A model generated the notes under the pieces. The model had not been told where the DNA came from, did not search any database, and worked only from the letters and a program-made list of their open reading frames with translations. A DNA stretch of 64,000 bases from Chara braunii (lineage: Eukaryota; Plantae; Charophyceae). A program made the translations under genes and the position numbers. Shown here piece by piece: positions 40,501 through 54,220 of the stretch. The stretch covers positions 1,292,823-1,356,822 of the forward strand of contig BFEA01000025.1 of assembly GCA_003427395.1 (NCBI GenBank), written 5' to 3'. Numbering within the stretch: the stretch's first letter is position 1; the number at the start of each line of letters is the position of its first letter.

Positions 40501-41939
40501 GAAAATGGAGCAACCGCGATCCATGCCGCGCGAACCCCCTTGCTATTTTGGGTTTGAAAAACGAAGTGCCGGACGGCTAGCCGCTCATTTCGCGGCCAAG
40601 AAAAACAAGCGGATCAATCCCCGAGCGATCGCGTGGGCCCGGACCGTAGCCTGGGAAAGCCGGAGGTGCGGCGGATAGGGCTTAGGGCCGGTAGTGGCAC
40701 CACTGGCCATCGACCAACATCTCGAATGCATTTGGACGGAACATTCGGTCAGATGCGTTCGGAATTTTGGCAGATGGCTGAGTGGTGGTGGTTAGTAGGC
40801 TCAACCGTGAGTTACGGAGGGACTCCGCGAAATGACCACGTCGTGAAATTCGCCCGGTCCCATCCTGTCCCTTGCTGCCGGCTGAACGTCCGTGCTTCGG
40901 AACCAATGCGTAGCTCTCTGCCCGCCCCCCCCCCCCCCCCCTCCTCCTCCCTCCCCTCCCCCCTCCCCTCCCCTCCCCTCCCCTCCCCTCTCTGGAAACC
41001 CCTCCTCAGCCCTCCGCTCTGTCCACTCTCGCATTGCAGTAGCAATCGCGAGCCTTCTCTTCCGCGTTCTCCGTTCCCCACCCCCTTGTCTCTTCCATTT
41101 CTCGGCACTGCAGCAACCAGGCGCCAGACCTTCTGCACACCTGTAGCCGCTAAGAAAAGCCCAACCGACCCAGCCAGCAACGCCACACATCTAACCGTTA
41201 GAAAACAGATCATGAGTTCGAACCCCTCGGTTCTTTTTTTGAGAAAACATCTCATGGCCGGGCCTCTATCATAGTGGTGAGTGAACCACTACGGCCCGGC
41301 TGGATGGCTCCGGAGCAGCACCTCCTGGAAATCGGGTCCAGCGTCCAGGCCCAGCGTCCCTTCATGGCAATCTTGGCCCCAACTGGTCCATCCTGCCCCC
41401 CAAGCAGTCCTTTTCTTTTTTTTTCTTTTTTTTCATGAAAACATCCAAGTGAGGTCTATTAGTGGAGGTGATAGGAGCATTCCCCACTAATAGGACCCCC
41501 ATAGAAGATGGCTCCAATCTATTGGTGGGGAGCTGCACCTGCTGGAAACCTCGTCCAGCGTCCCATTTTACAAAGCAGGAGCCAAAATTGAGTTGTAATC
41601 ATAGGAGGACAGCATTGATTGCCCTCGTGCAAGGGGATTAATTGCCCATGCGCGCCATCCAACCTGTACCCCTAGTCTACAGAGCGTGAGGCTCCTCCCT
41701 CCCCCTGCCACGAGGCATGAGCCCCCGGCTCCCCACAAGCAGTCCTAGGATAGGGGCCATCCCGTTTTCGTACTCTCTTGTTGTTCCCTTTGGTCCCTCC
41801 TGCCCCCCGAACAGTCCCAGGATCGGGGTGACCGCATTTTCGCACTTTTCCTGTTGTTCCCTTCTTCCCGTTGAAGTTGTCTCCCTTCCTTGATTCCCAC
41901 GACCCTCTAGCTTATGCTTTCCCCTGACCACTCTCGAGT

Positions 41940-42600
41940 CCACCGTTCCATCGATCTGTTCCCTCTATAGCACTTGTCAGCCCCTGGGGAAACTTTCCAG
42001 AGCTTATTTGCCCCAATAGGCCGCCTGATATACCCCAGCTGACTATCCACCCTCCTACCCAGTGCCCTCCCATCTTTTTGTCAAGTCACCTCTCGATCCA
42101 CTGCATTCCCATGCAGGGTTTCTGCTTAGTATAGGGGAAGGAAGAAAGAGCGTGGCTCACTCCTAGAGGTGTAGGAAGTAGTTGGGGGGAGGAGGGGGGG
42201 GGNNNNNNNNNNNNNNNNNNNNNNNNNNNNNNNNNNNNNNNNNNNNNNNNNNNNNNNNNNNNNNNNNNNNNNNNNNNNNNNNNNNNNNNNNNNNNNNNNN
42301 NNNNNNNNNNNNNNNNNNNNNNATTCCACCCGTTCCATCGATTTGTTCCCTCTTTAGCCCTGGTCAGCCCCTGAGGAAACTTTCCACAAGTCTCCATAAC
42401 GTAACTCGATCGGCCCCTCGATATTTCCCGAGCAACAGTCTTGAACCTCCTACCCAATGTCCTCTCGTCTTTCCATTGAGTCATCTCTCAATCTGCTGCA
42501 TTCCCATGTAGGGTTTCTGATTATTATAGGGAAAGGAAGAAAAAAAAATGGCGCATTCCTGGAGTTGTAGGAACTAGTTTAGGGGGGCGGAGGAGGGGGG
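41940..42600. repeat. Diverged tandem duplication (units about 260-280 bp) spanning an N gap
   Basis: ccgttccatcgat.tgttccctct...gtcagcccctg.ggaaactttcca...ctgcattcccatg.agggtttctg is present twice with many differences. Confidence 0.7.
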
Positions 42601-43434
42601 TCATGAGGGAAGCAAAACAAAGGATGGGGGAGTGGTTGAGGGAGGCACAAAGAAATGGGATTTCGGTTGGAATTTCAATTTGGATTCATCATTTTTCTGG
42701 TTCCTGCACAGGTGATGGGATTCATTCATTTCCACAATTATCATCCTAGTATGACTCAATCATTTAAGTTCTTTTGAGAACTGCTTCTTCACTTCGGAAA
42801 TCCTTAGAGTTTTCAATTGCACATGTGTATAGGTTTCTTCTTCTATAGCATTTGTTTGCAGTTTAGGTCTATCCCAACTTTTATTTGAGTCCTTTTTACT
42901 GGGGTCAGTTGTATACAACGACGTTAAGGCCTATCTCCTTATACTGGCAGCAAAATTTAAACCATTTGTACCTATGAGCCACTTTTTCTAAAGGGTTGTA
43001 ACGCGTTGTGTGCCCCAAGAAACGAACCAGCATGGCCATCCTTTTCGTTGGTTTTTCTAGTCATTTTGCTCCACTACATCGACCCACACACCTTGCGGCA
43101 AGTTAATGGTCGTGCACGAGAAAAATTAGTGGGCAAGGTATAAGCGGTTTAAATACAACTTGAAGCCCTGTTGTGGCTCCTTCCGCCGCTTGACCTTAGG
43201 TATGGCCTAATAACTATCATTTTGATTTGACATAGCTAAATCAACTCATGGACTGTACTATTAGTATTGGAATCTGTAAGGGTTTGCGTTTTTTATTTGC
43301 CCAATGGGAACGAAACCCTCACTAATCAACCTCCGCTATAAAAAAAGGTATGGTATGACTAGGTCGTGGAGGAACAATCTCTTTTATAGTTTTATTTTGA
43401 AAATCTCTGCAAAAAGGGTTGTTGATAGTGTGTA

Positions 43435-43473
<39 letters not shown>

Positions 43474-46400
43474 GACAGAGAGAGGCAGAGAGAGGGAGAG
43501 AGAAAGAAAGAGAGAGAGAGAAAGAGAGAGAAAGACAAAATGAATCCTCCTTGGTAGGCAGGCTACAATCTTCTCAGGTTTAGAAAAATAAAAATTTAAA
43601 AGGTCATGGTACAAACACTTCAAAGGTAGAAGGAGAATCTCTGAAAATATTCAGAGCATAGACCATGACATTCGTGGTCAATAAAAGGTTGGGCGTAGGC
43701 AAATAACTTCAAGGGTAGTAAGGTTTACTGATTGCATTGGGTTTAGTTGACAATAGATAAGAGGTGACCACACATTAACCCTATATAAATAGGAAGCTTT
43801 GGATCATGAGAATAGGGATAAAGAGTATCCCCTAATTTTTTTATTCTTCTTTTCGTTTAGAATGAGAAGCAAATTGGTATTGAGAGTGTGTTTGTTTTTG
43901 CGCTCTAGTTTTTTATGTTTAAGCATTACAACAAGGGTTTCTTAGGCTGATAATTGTTAGCCGAGTCAAAACGTTGTAACCAAGTTTTGATTTAAATAAT
44001 TGTTCATATCATTCCTTGATAGTGTGTTATTAAGTAAGGTCTGATTTTTATTACCAAGACGAATGTTGAAGTAATGGTAACATAGAAAGATTGAATTTAA
44101 ATAATATGTAGAAGCTTAACTATAATGCGAGAGAATAGGGGAGGGGGGGTGGGGGGGCGAGGGGCAAAGGATAATTTTTCAATCTGGTGAATCGTTACAA
44201 ATAAACATAAATTGTGGATTTACAAACCAAATGATTTCATATGAAATGTACGTTAAGTATTTAATCTGCACATATGTAAATTTTGTCAACGTCGAAAAGT
44301 TTTATGTCGGGTTGTCTGAAGTATATTCGAACAAAGTTACTTCTTAATAGTCTCGACCTTAGGGTGAGACTTAAAATAAAGCACAACTCTTTCACCTTGC
44401 AGGTTGTCACAAAATAATTTGGAGATTAAAAATATGTTTCACTATTTGCACGAACCCCTTAGGGAAAAGGCTCAAAGGTTTGTATGGTTGGTAACACTAC
44501 TTCTCTATACAAGAGGAACAAACATTTTTATATCTCAACATTGACATGTGTAGAAGTGTAAAGAAAATGTGATCATTTCACCCAATCAATCAAATATCAC
44601 ATGATAGGTGATTTCTTTTTACTAAAGATGAATGTCCGTAAAGACAACATATAAGAAAATGATAATTTTTAAACGTTTGCAAATGATTTTGCATTATATT
44701 TTGAATTATAAAATTAAGATTTTATTTTTTTTTGCAATATATAAATGATGTTGTTAACCAATTATTGCCTTCGTTAACAAATAATATTAATTGTTACTCT
44801 TGAGTTAAAAAAAAAATATTATTAATAAAAGTATGAATTTTCCTATTATGCTCATTTGTCGTAAAATATTGGTTATAAAATTACTTATGTATCTTTCCGT
44901 TTGAGGTATTCATGAGGTGTGTAGATTTATTCTCTTGTAATCTTTATTCATTTATCTATTGTTATTTAAATTTGAGTCAATATGAGTGAATCAGGAATAA
45001 ACAAATATGTCGATTATAAAGTGTTAGTTTATATGATATAACTATGGTCTGACATCCGGCGACTAGAAGATACAAAATAAAAGTTTTTAGTGTTTAATCA
45101 TATTGTAAGATGATACATTGTTAGTGACATATTATAACTAAGATAAAAGGTAATATTTTTAATTTTATTTTTATTTTAATCATATAATATATGTGAATAT
45201 TTTTTTGCCGTGTGGGCTTGCAAGATAGGATTTTGAATCGACTTAAATGTTTATAAATTATAAAGTTTATTTTTTTATAATATTTTTGTATTAATCAATC
45301 CTTTAGGGGTACTAAAATTATAAACTACATATGTATCAAAATAGTTAAGAAGATCAACACTGTATGCGCTCAAATTAATCAATCATTTCTATTTGGTATG
45401 ATATTTTTCAAAACAAATTATAACAATCACAACATACAATAGAAAAACTAACAAATATTCACCCTTCTCACATTTCATATTATGACTTTTTATAATAGTT
45501 TACTTCATATATAAAATATTTTTTTTTAATAGACAAAAACTATTTATTATAATGAGATAGGTAGCAAACCAACTGCTTTATCTAGATTGTCATACGACTC
45601 ATTAACATCGTTCGATATCTTGCGTTTTTTTTTGTAACTTTGGATTAAAAAAAAATAAAATAAGAATTAGAGATATATAAGATTGAGATTCATAAGCAGA
45701 CTCAGGAGTATTATTGTTTATTATGAAATAAGTTGACAAAAAATTAGAAGACTACAGTCACTATCTCATTTGATTGCATTTATTTCTCGAGTAAGAAACT
45801 AAACGTGAGATATATTGATTCAACCTCTTTTACTAAAATACTCGAATTTGACAACTTGTATTTTGACGTTGTTGATTAATACTTGTCTAATGACCTAATG
45901 GAAACGAAAATCAAATTTATGATATTCAAAAGAATTGGTTAGTCAAACATAACTCATTGAATGATAATTTAAATAAAAATATAATTTAAAAATATCGAAT
46001 ACAAAATATCATTTTTTTTTTCTATTTTTTCTACCACTCTATCTAGGCAACCAGAGAAGTTTGTGACCACTTTATCGGTCGAAAATATATATATATATAT
46101 ACTATTTGACGATATATATATATATATATATTTTTTTTTAATTTTATTTTTAATAAAGTTTTAGTTTGTATTTCAAAATTGACTAAGAATTTTGATGTAA
46201 CCATTTGGCAAACGTTGCTTAGTTCATTTTTTTGCATAGCATAGTTTATTTTTCAATTTGTTTTGAACTTTTTTTTCGGGGGGCGAGGGGGGGGACCTTC
46301 CCTGTTTTCACTGATTCATCGGACGTCAAATCTAAACCACCGAAGTTCCACTGCTTGACAGCTAAACAAAGGAGACCAAATTAGAGTAACGCAAGTATAC

Positions 46401-48287
46401 ATACTATATTTCACTGGATATTCTAGACCCAACCAGCTATGCAGCACACAATTCGTAGAAGAGGAGAGAACATGTCAGGGAAGTCACAAAAGGGACGAAG
46501 CAGGAGAGATCCGTGTGAAACAAAATTCGACAAATCATAAAAAATTGAATAATAATTTATTTGAAGTTCGCGTTGAGTACTGCCTTGATAGAACTTTTTC
46601 AATCCACCCCCCTTGGATCCCTCCTAGCTAGCAACCATAAAATTGGTTGATGATTTGTTGATTTTTTGTTCGTGATGAAATAAATTTCATCCGTTGTAAA
46701 ATTTTTCCATTGTATTTTAATGTCGGTCTGTGATGGTTATCTTTTATAATTTGTACATTAAGGTTCATCAACTTTTGCCCCTTCTATCTCATATATAGGT
46801 CTATTTTATAAGATTCATACAATAGTAGACCCGCTAGTTTTAAACAAATTATGTGTAAGGAAATATAATTGTTCAGACCGTAAGGCTTTTCATGGAAATG
46901 TTTTTCAATCCCCAAACAAAAAATTTGAGATGTTCAACTGGTTTCAGATTTTATCTCACCACTGGTATAGCAAGATAGGTTATCGATGTTGGATTAAATT
47001 ATGTTCACTGTTTTTCTTAATATTATGGACTTGAAATGTTGTGAACTAAAATTTAAACAAAATTATTGTTACAGAGAGGTTATATCAATAATTGAGTAAT
47101 TTCTGGGTAGACGATGATGATTTATTTGCCACAGTAACGAGCCTACCTTAGTTGGTTTTGCCTTAATGATGCTAAATCATTTGATAGGTTAACGGTATTA
47201 TTTGCTAACATTTAGTAAGTGCATCCATCGAATTGTCACTCTGTCGTTCATCTTTATTATAGATCTCAACATTTTGTATGTTGATTTGACTGCCAAAGAG
47301 CGAAGGTAGTAAATACACACCTTTCCCCTTCCTATTGGGCTCTTATATATTAGTTGGCTTAATCCATGAGTAGTTTAGTTGCTGGTGTAAGACGCTTTAA
47401 GATCAACTATTATTTTTTGACTTGCATAACTTTTATTTTAAAAACTTGTTGGGATGGACACCACCACACGTCCTCTATTTAAGATCTTTGTATTTTGCGG
47501 TCCTGGTCGAGTGTATACATTGAAAGACTAATATCTCCGTCTAGATGTAGTCCAACCACACTTCCACACCAATTCGTTTGGGTCTCGTATGACTACAGTG
47601 ACCCAATCATTACTTTGAAGGATATATCCCATCGTGAGAATTATAATCCACTCTAATGGGACCATCTCAATTAAATAATCTAAAGCTGTGGTCGTGTGAT
47701 AATTATAATATAGAGAAATTAAAAGTTAGAGAGAGAGCACAAGTAATATGAATTTTTACGTTAAATGTCTCAGATCTTCAAGTCATAGTGACATCAAATA
47801 GTTAGAGTGTTGCTGATTCTTATGATTATAGTTTACTCATTATATAGTCAAACAATAATTGTTTTTGTAACGTACCTTCTCATATTGAGATGAATCATAA
47901 ATACACCGTCACTTTAAAAAAATGTATGAATTTTTCATGGTGCATGACCTTATTTTCCTTATAACTCTATTACAAGTATAGAGAGACGATCCGATGCATA
48001 TCCATAATGTGACAATGATTGTTTTGATATGAAAATGTAATATGAGTTATAGTCATCGATCTAACATATTCGATATGGAAAAAAAAGTGGTACTTCATAT
48101 GATATGATTTCGATGTTATGCATAAAATAAAACGGGTAAGCATCTACGCAAGACCTGCGTTGCACATTGTTTGCTTTCGGGGGCGAACGTGAACCGAACG
48201 TGTTCGCGCAGGCGCGAACGTTTTTTTTTTGAGGGGGGGTCGGATGCATAAGCCTTTGTATGTTTGTGTGTTTCAGAGAGTGTGTGT

Positions 48288-48340
<53 letters not shown>

Positions 48341-48429
48341 TGTGTGTGTGTTTGTGTGTGTGTGTATGTGTGTGTGTGTGTGTGCTCGCAATGCAATATC
48401 TGACATTGTCTGCCACACACACACACACA

Positions 48430-48960
48430 CACACGATGAAGTTGCCTGGCACAGTCTAACGAAACAGTCTGGCACAGTCTAATGCAAAGTCCGACGAAAC
48501 AGTCTGGCACAGTCTGACACACAGACACACTTACACACAAACACACACATACACTGGTACAGTCTGACGAAACAATNNNNNNNNNNNNNNNNNNNNNNNN
48601 NNNNNNNNNNNNNNNNNNNNNNNNNNNNNNNNNNNNNNNNNNNNNNNNNNNNNNNNNNNNNNNNNNNNNNNNNNNNNNNNNNNNNNNNNNNNNNNNNNNN
48701 NNNNNNNNNNNNNNNNNNNNNNNNNNNNNNNNNNNNNNNNNNNNNNNNNNNNNNNNNNNNNNNNNNNNNNNNNNNNNNNNNNNNNNNNNNNNNGATGCAA
48801 AGTCCGACGAAACAGTCTGGCACAGTCTGACACACAGACACCCTGACACACACATACACTAACACAGTCTGACGAAACAATCCAGTACAGTCTGATGCAA
48901 AGTCCGGCGAAACAGTCTGACATAATCTGACACAATCTGACACACAGACACACTTACACA
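48430..48960 (+). repeat. CA-embedded satellite built from truncated hammerhead-like units
   Basis: Repeated ctgatgcaaagtccgacgaaacagtctggcacagtc, which is the 7.6/16.7-kb motif lacking the 5' arm of stem II. Confidence 0.7.
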
Positions 48961-49074
48961 CAGACACACTGACACACACATACATACATACACAAACAGA
49001 CACACACATATACACATATACAGACAAACACACCCACATACACAGACAGACAGACAAACATACACAAACACACA

Positions 49075-49129
<55 letters not shown>

Positions 49130-52100
49130 ATACCGATGCTCCCTAGGGCCCTCCAAAGCCCCGCAGGCGACCGGTACCGGCCTAGGCGAACCCCGTTCGC
49201 GGGCCTTGAAAACACGTTCTCGCGAACGTGTTCTCGCCCCGTTCGCGCAAACGGGAGAACGCATTCGTTCGAACAGAAAGGGCCGCGAACACATTTGTCG
49301 TGCTACGCAGCGGTGGATATGGTGAGACATTGATTGGGTATGATCTAACGAGATAAGCTTTAACACTCAAATAAATCACATCTTAAAAAAAAACAAAGAA
49401 AAGTAAAATCTTAATCTATATATTTTGTGTAATTAAGTTCTCAATTGTCTTTAAAGTAGACAAAAAAAAATAAAAAGTGAGTTGGTTAAAAATTTGATCT
49501 ATATTATTTTGCCTCGAGGCTTATTCTTTGTGACGCTTGAAGATAAAACATTAGACCTAGGTAGCATTGCGTATATAAACCCATACATAATGTGGCGTAC
49601 GTGTATGTTCTTGATAACATGCGTATGGGTATCAATTTTATTGTTTTTTATACATATTTATATCGGTGTAGAGGATACCCCTATCATATTTTTACGGTTA
49701 TTTGTGAATACATGATCGGAGCGTGCAGTGTATGACAATAAAGGATGAGTGGTTTCGCGACTATCACAAGTGCATGACACGTGGCACACACGTTGAAGTA
49801 GGAAGCAAGAAGGATGAGGAGAGGAGGAGGAGAGGAGGAGGAGATGGTCGAGGGAGAAGGACGACAATAACATAGGTGGATGAAATGGAGAAGGAGGACG
49901 AGAGATGGAGGAGTTGGATTCGAAGGAGGAGAAGGTGAAGAGGAAGAGGAGGAGATGAAATAGAAAGAGGAGAACGTGGAAAACAAAAAAATCATCGAAA
50001 AAAAAAACCAGGCAAGTGGCACGCGACATGTACATTCGAGTAGGAGGAGAGGACAAAAAGAGGAGGAGGTTGTAGTCGTCGTCGGAGGAAGATGGTGGAG
50101 GAGATGGAGGAAAATGAGTGAGAGTTTGAAGATCGAGATGAGGATGAGGACGATGCGGAGGAGGTTGAAGGACGAGAACTTGAAGGAGGAGGACGAGGTC
50201 AAACAACGACGACAATAAGGAGGAAGAGTTGCGAAGAAAGGGATGAAAGAGGGGAGGAGGTGGGAGAGATGAAGAAGGAGGCGGGGTCAAAAAAGATGGC
50301 GATCATGAAAAGAAAATAAAATTGTTATATGTCATATGACGGGTGCTTCAAAGGAGGAGGGGGAGAAAAACGCAGGAGGAGGAGGAGGATTGGTGGTGGA
50401 GGAGATGGAGGAGAAGGAAGAGGAGGAGGAGAAGGAGGAAGAGGAGGTCCAAGATAGAGGAGAAAGAGGTTGAAGAGTCGAATAAGGGGGAAAAATAAAA
50501 TGCGTATCATGCAGTATATGCATGACGTGTTAACGGGAGAATAACGGAGGACTAAAAAGAGGAAAAACTATACGCCTGTGGCAGCCAACAACGTGACAAA
50601 TTTGACAATCGGGTAAGTTTGCCTGTCTCTCTCGCAGACACATACACTGGCAATACTAACCTATGGCATGTACTGTCTGAAAGGCTGGCAGGTGACGGTG
50701 ACGACGAGCAGTCAATAACGAGGTGATAAAGACGTTGCTAATATGCGTTTTGGGGGGTTGGGGGCGAGGGGGCGGGAGGGGGGGGGGATAGGATCATGGA
50801 GAATGGCGGGGGGGGGGGGAATTGTCCTGCCACAAATTCAGAATTTTTGGTGGGACGATCGACCTCTCTCCCTACCTCTCCTCGCGACCCCGCTTTCCCC
50901 CCTCAACCCAAACTATGTAAGAGCAGACCTTAAAAATGGTTCGCGTCAACCATATACACGGGCGTGATTCCAATGTACGCACGTACATGTATGTGTCTTG
51001 TATGTGCATACGTGTACGAGCGTATATAATTTACCTTTTGTAAAACATAAATTAAAAAAATAAATTACAAAGTTGACCGTATAAAAAACTAATATTTTTT
51101 TGTATTCTTTTGTCCCCATGACACCGGACCATCTGATGGTCGGGCATCCTGATGAAGCTCGGTAATTGAGCCCTCAAACGTATTTTGACAGTACTGTATA
51201 TAAAGATACATCAAATGGTGAAAGTGAGATAATCGTTTTCTCACCCAATGAGCAATGACATTTTGACTAAGTCCACTTTCGTGAATTTGAAAAAAAATGT
51301 TTCTTTTAACGAAATGTCAGTTACAGGGAGCTCGCATATGGGTACGTGGTACTACACTAATGGGACTTAATGTTTGTTCAGATATCAAGGTTTGATTTTT
51401 AAAGTAAAAATTGTATTATCATGCTCATTAGTTTAGTCAAATTTGTTTCAATTTAATAAATTGCTATATTTTAAAAGCTACATCGAACTTGATTGTTCAC
51501 TGTAGTGATAAAGTTTGTATTATGGTAACACTTTCTACAAATACTGTTGTTGCATTCTAGACCGAACAAAGGCTATTATGCTCATATTGGTGCACATACT
51601 TAATAATAGTACATTAGTCTACTATGCAATATAACTGATTGTAACAAATCGCATTGGAAGGTATGATATGCATATACTTAATATCTCTGTATAAATTCTT
51701 ATTCTCACTATCATTGTTGAGGGAGGCCGATCCCGTGATTGCATATTTGTCGGCATCGAAGACGCCCTTGTCGGTTGTACTGACCTGACAAACAAATTGT
51801 GTGTCATTGTGAGGTTCTCTTATTCACTGACTTACTTCTTACATTCTCTTTCCTATTTCATATTAAAAGGTTTCCGCTTACAAATTTCAAGAGTTTTATT
51901 TTTCTAATAAGGATGATTGAGCTTGATCGACTTCACTATATGGTCTACACCTATTATGAACTCAAATGCGTTTACTAAGCTTAATTTTTTAACATGATTA
52001 GATTGATTAATATGCTTTTTTTGACAAACGCCGTATTTGTGTTTCAGTTGTATATAAAAATTATAACAAAGTATATTCCAGTAAGTCTGGGCAGGAGCCA

Positions 52101-54029
52101 AGAGTGTGGAAGAACTTTGAAACAGTAGAAAATTGCAATAAACTTTTCACTACCCGTCATTTGTGTTTAAAATGTAACAGTTGCAAGCTCATGGTATGTA
52201 TACTAGATTGCAAGATTGACACGTATCCCAAAGACTTGAAGTACATGCCATCTCAAGTGAATGTCGTAAAAACCTCAAATCACTTTTCATTTATCACCGA
52301 AGGCCAATTAACTAAGGTCCTTGCTCCGTGTCCGTCAAAAGAAGATTTTTCCACAAAATCCAAATGTCATGGCAACTTGGGAGGAGACGACTGTACACCT
52401 GAATCAAATGTGATAATGTGCAATATGATGAAACTTGCATGCAAAAAAATATTTTCAACAATCCCCGATTGTTAGACTTCTTAAAACATAGTTATTCCCC
52501 TGGTGCCTAGGCATCTAATCAGTATTCTTTACTGCCCAAACCTTCGTTACTGCCCATAGACAAAAATGCAAGATCGTGAGCCTCATCATTTTCATTTGCT
52601 TCGAATTGTATTTTCACACATGGGCTGGAACAAAAAGAGACGATTGATCCCGATTTAACCCACACTTTTAGAGGTTATTAATCCGGATGATAAGTGCCAA
52701 GGAAATCTTGATTTTGGTCACCTGTTACTCTCCCCACCCCCAACCCCCTCACCCTCCCCCTCCCTGCCCCCCCCCCACCACCAGTTATCCCCCCATTTTC
52801 ACACCCTGCTCCGCCAACCCGTCCTCCTACCCATACCCACCTGCAGGTCTTGATAATCCCTAGTTGTGGCTGCATATTTGCCCTCGTGCTCCATCTTACC
52901 CTATTTTTATTATGACTTTTTGTTGACCATACTGATGGCCCTCTGATCATTAGACTGAACTTGAATGGGGATTTGGAAATTCTCATTCGTCCCTTGTGAA
53001 GTTGTGATCACATTGACAGACAAATTACATAAAACTCTCCACGAGAAAACAGGACAATAGCAACTGATCCAGGTTATGCCAGTGTTTCTCAAAAGAAAGA
53101 AAATACCAGTTTGTCTATTGACTTGCATGCCAAAAACGTCATAGCCTGGAGTGGGGGTGGGGGGTTGGGGGGGGTGGCAGGCGGGAATCAAAACACTAGT
53201 CAAGGTTGCCAGGCCATCGTGATGGGCCAATCAAAACTCGTTCCACTTAAGTGAACGCCAGAAAAGGACAATAACCAACTGGAGGACTTATTATAGTTGT
53301 GTCCAAACTTGCCCTTTATGAGCTTCCGTCTTTCCCATGAATACACGCTCACACGTTCTGTGTTAGCTGTAACAGTTACTCTAGAATTTCTCAATATGAT
53401 GTTCCTTCCACGTCAAAACAGGTTATTTTGCAAAACAAGGCCCTCATCATATTATTACTGAGAATTTGCGGAGCTCAACCAGTCCGGAGCCAGGGCGTTT
53501 TTACACGATACTTTCAAAGGGAAGGAGCAGAAAAATGGAAAGTTCCTGTCTGTTATAACTTCAGAGTGGGGTTATAAGGTCCATAATGGAAAATGTCCCA
53601 TTGATAGGGGTCATGAGATGGTACCTTTTTTTGTTGTTTGTTTTTGTACTCATAGATGGAAATGAACAAGCAGACATGAAAACCTGAGCCCCTAAACCTT
53701 GGATATAGTCATACAAAAGGCGCTGGGTACATCTCCTCCTTGGCAGGGGAAGCACTCGAGCATGCTGAGGATTGTACCTGGGCCCACGCCGATCGCCTTC
53801 CAAACTCTGGGTGTAATCAGGGGACACTCGGACTTACTAGGCAACAGTCATAGGACTTGCCCGTCTGAATGCTGGTCATAGTTTTGGCCAGATACATCCT
53901 GCAAAGTCCTAAAATAATTGTAAGTATGCCATGATTCCCTATTTCAGCGCTCGGAACCCTCAGATCCAGGCTTCGTTTCGTCATGATGAGGTCGAGCAAT
54001 TGTTTTGCTGTGGCACTTCATCACTGAAA

Positions 54030-54220
54030 TCACCAGTACTTGGCCCAGCTATTGGCCGCGGGTGATTCCCGTTAATGCACCGGTAGTTGCGCACTTCGGG
54101 GCACCGAACCACAATGACTGGAAGCGCCAGCCAAAATGAAAACGAAACGGTGCCCCAGCGGCTCGGCAAAACTTGATCCCGGCTCGGCATCAATAGCTGG
54201 GCCAAGTACTGGCGGTTTAA
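54030..54220. mobile_element. Non-autonomous TIR element (MITE-like)
   Basis: ccagtacttggcccagctatt ... aatagctgggccaagtactgg, a perfect 21-bp inverted repeat. A related end (gtactggtggtttaa) occurs at ~57152 and ~58550. Confidence 0.65.

Noticed and set aside
51149-51180. CTGATGA followed by a small hairpin (possible hammerhead)
   Set aside because: The GAAA core after stem II is missing. The other CTGATGA hits (14783, 15513, 54753) also lack stem II/GAAA.
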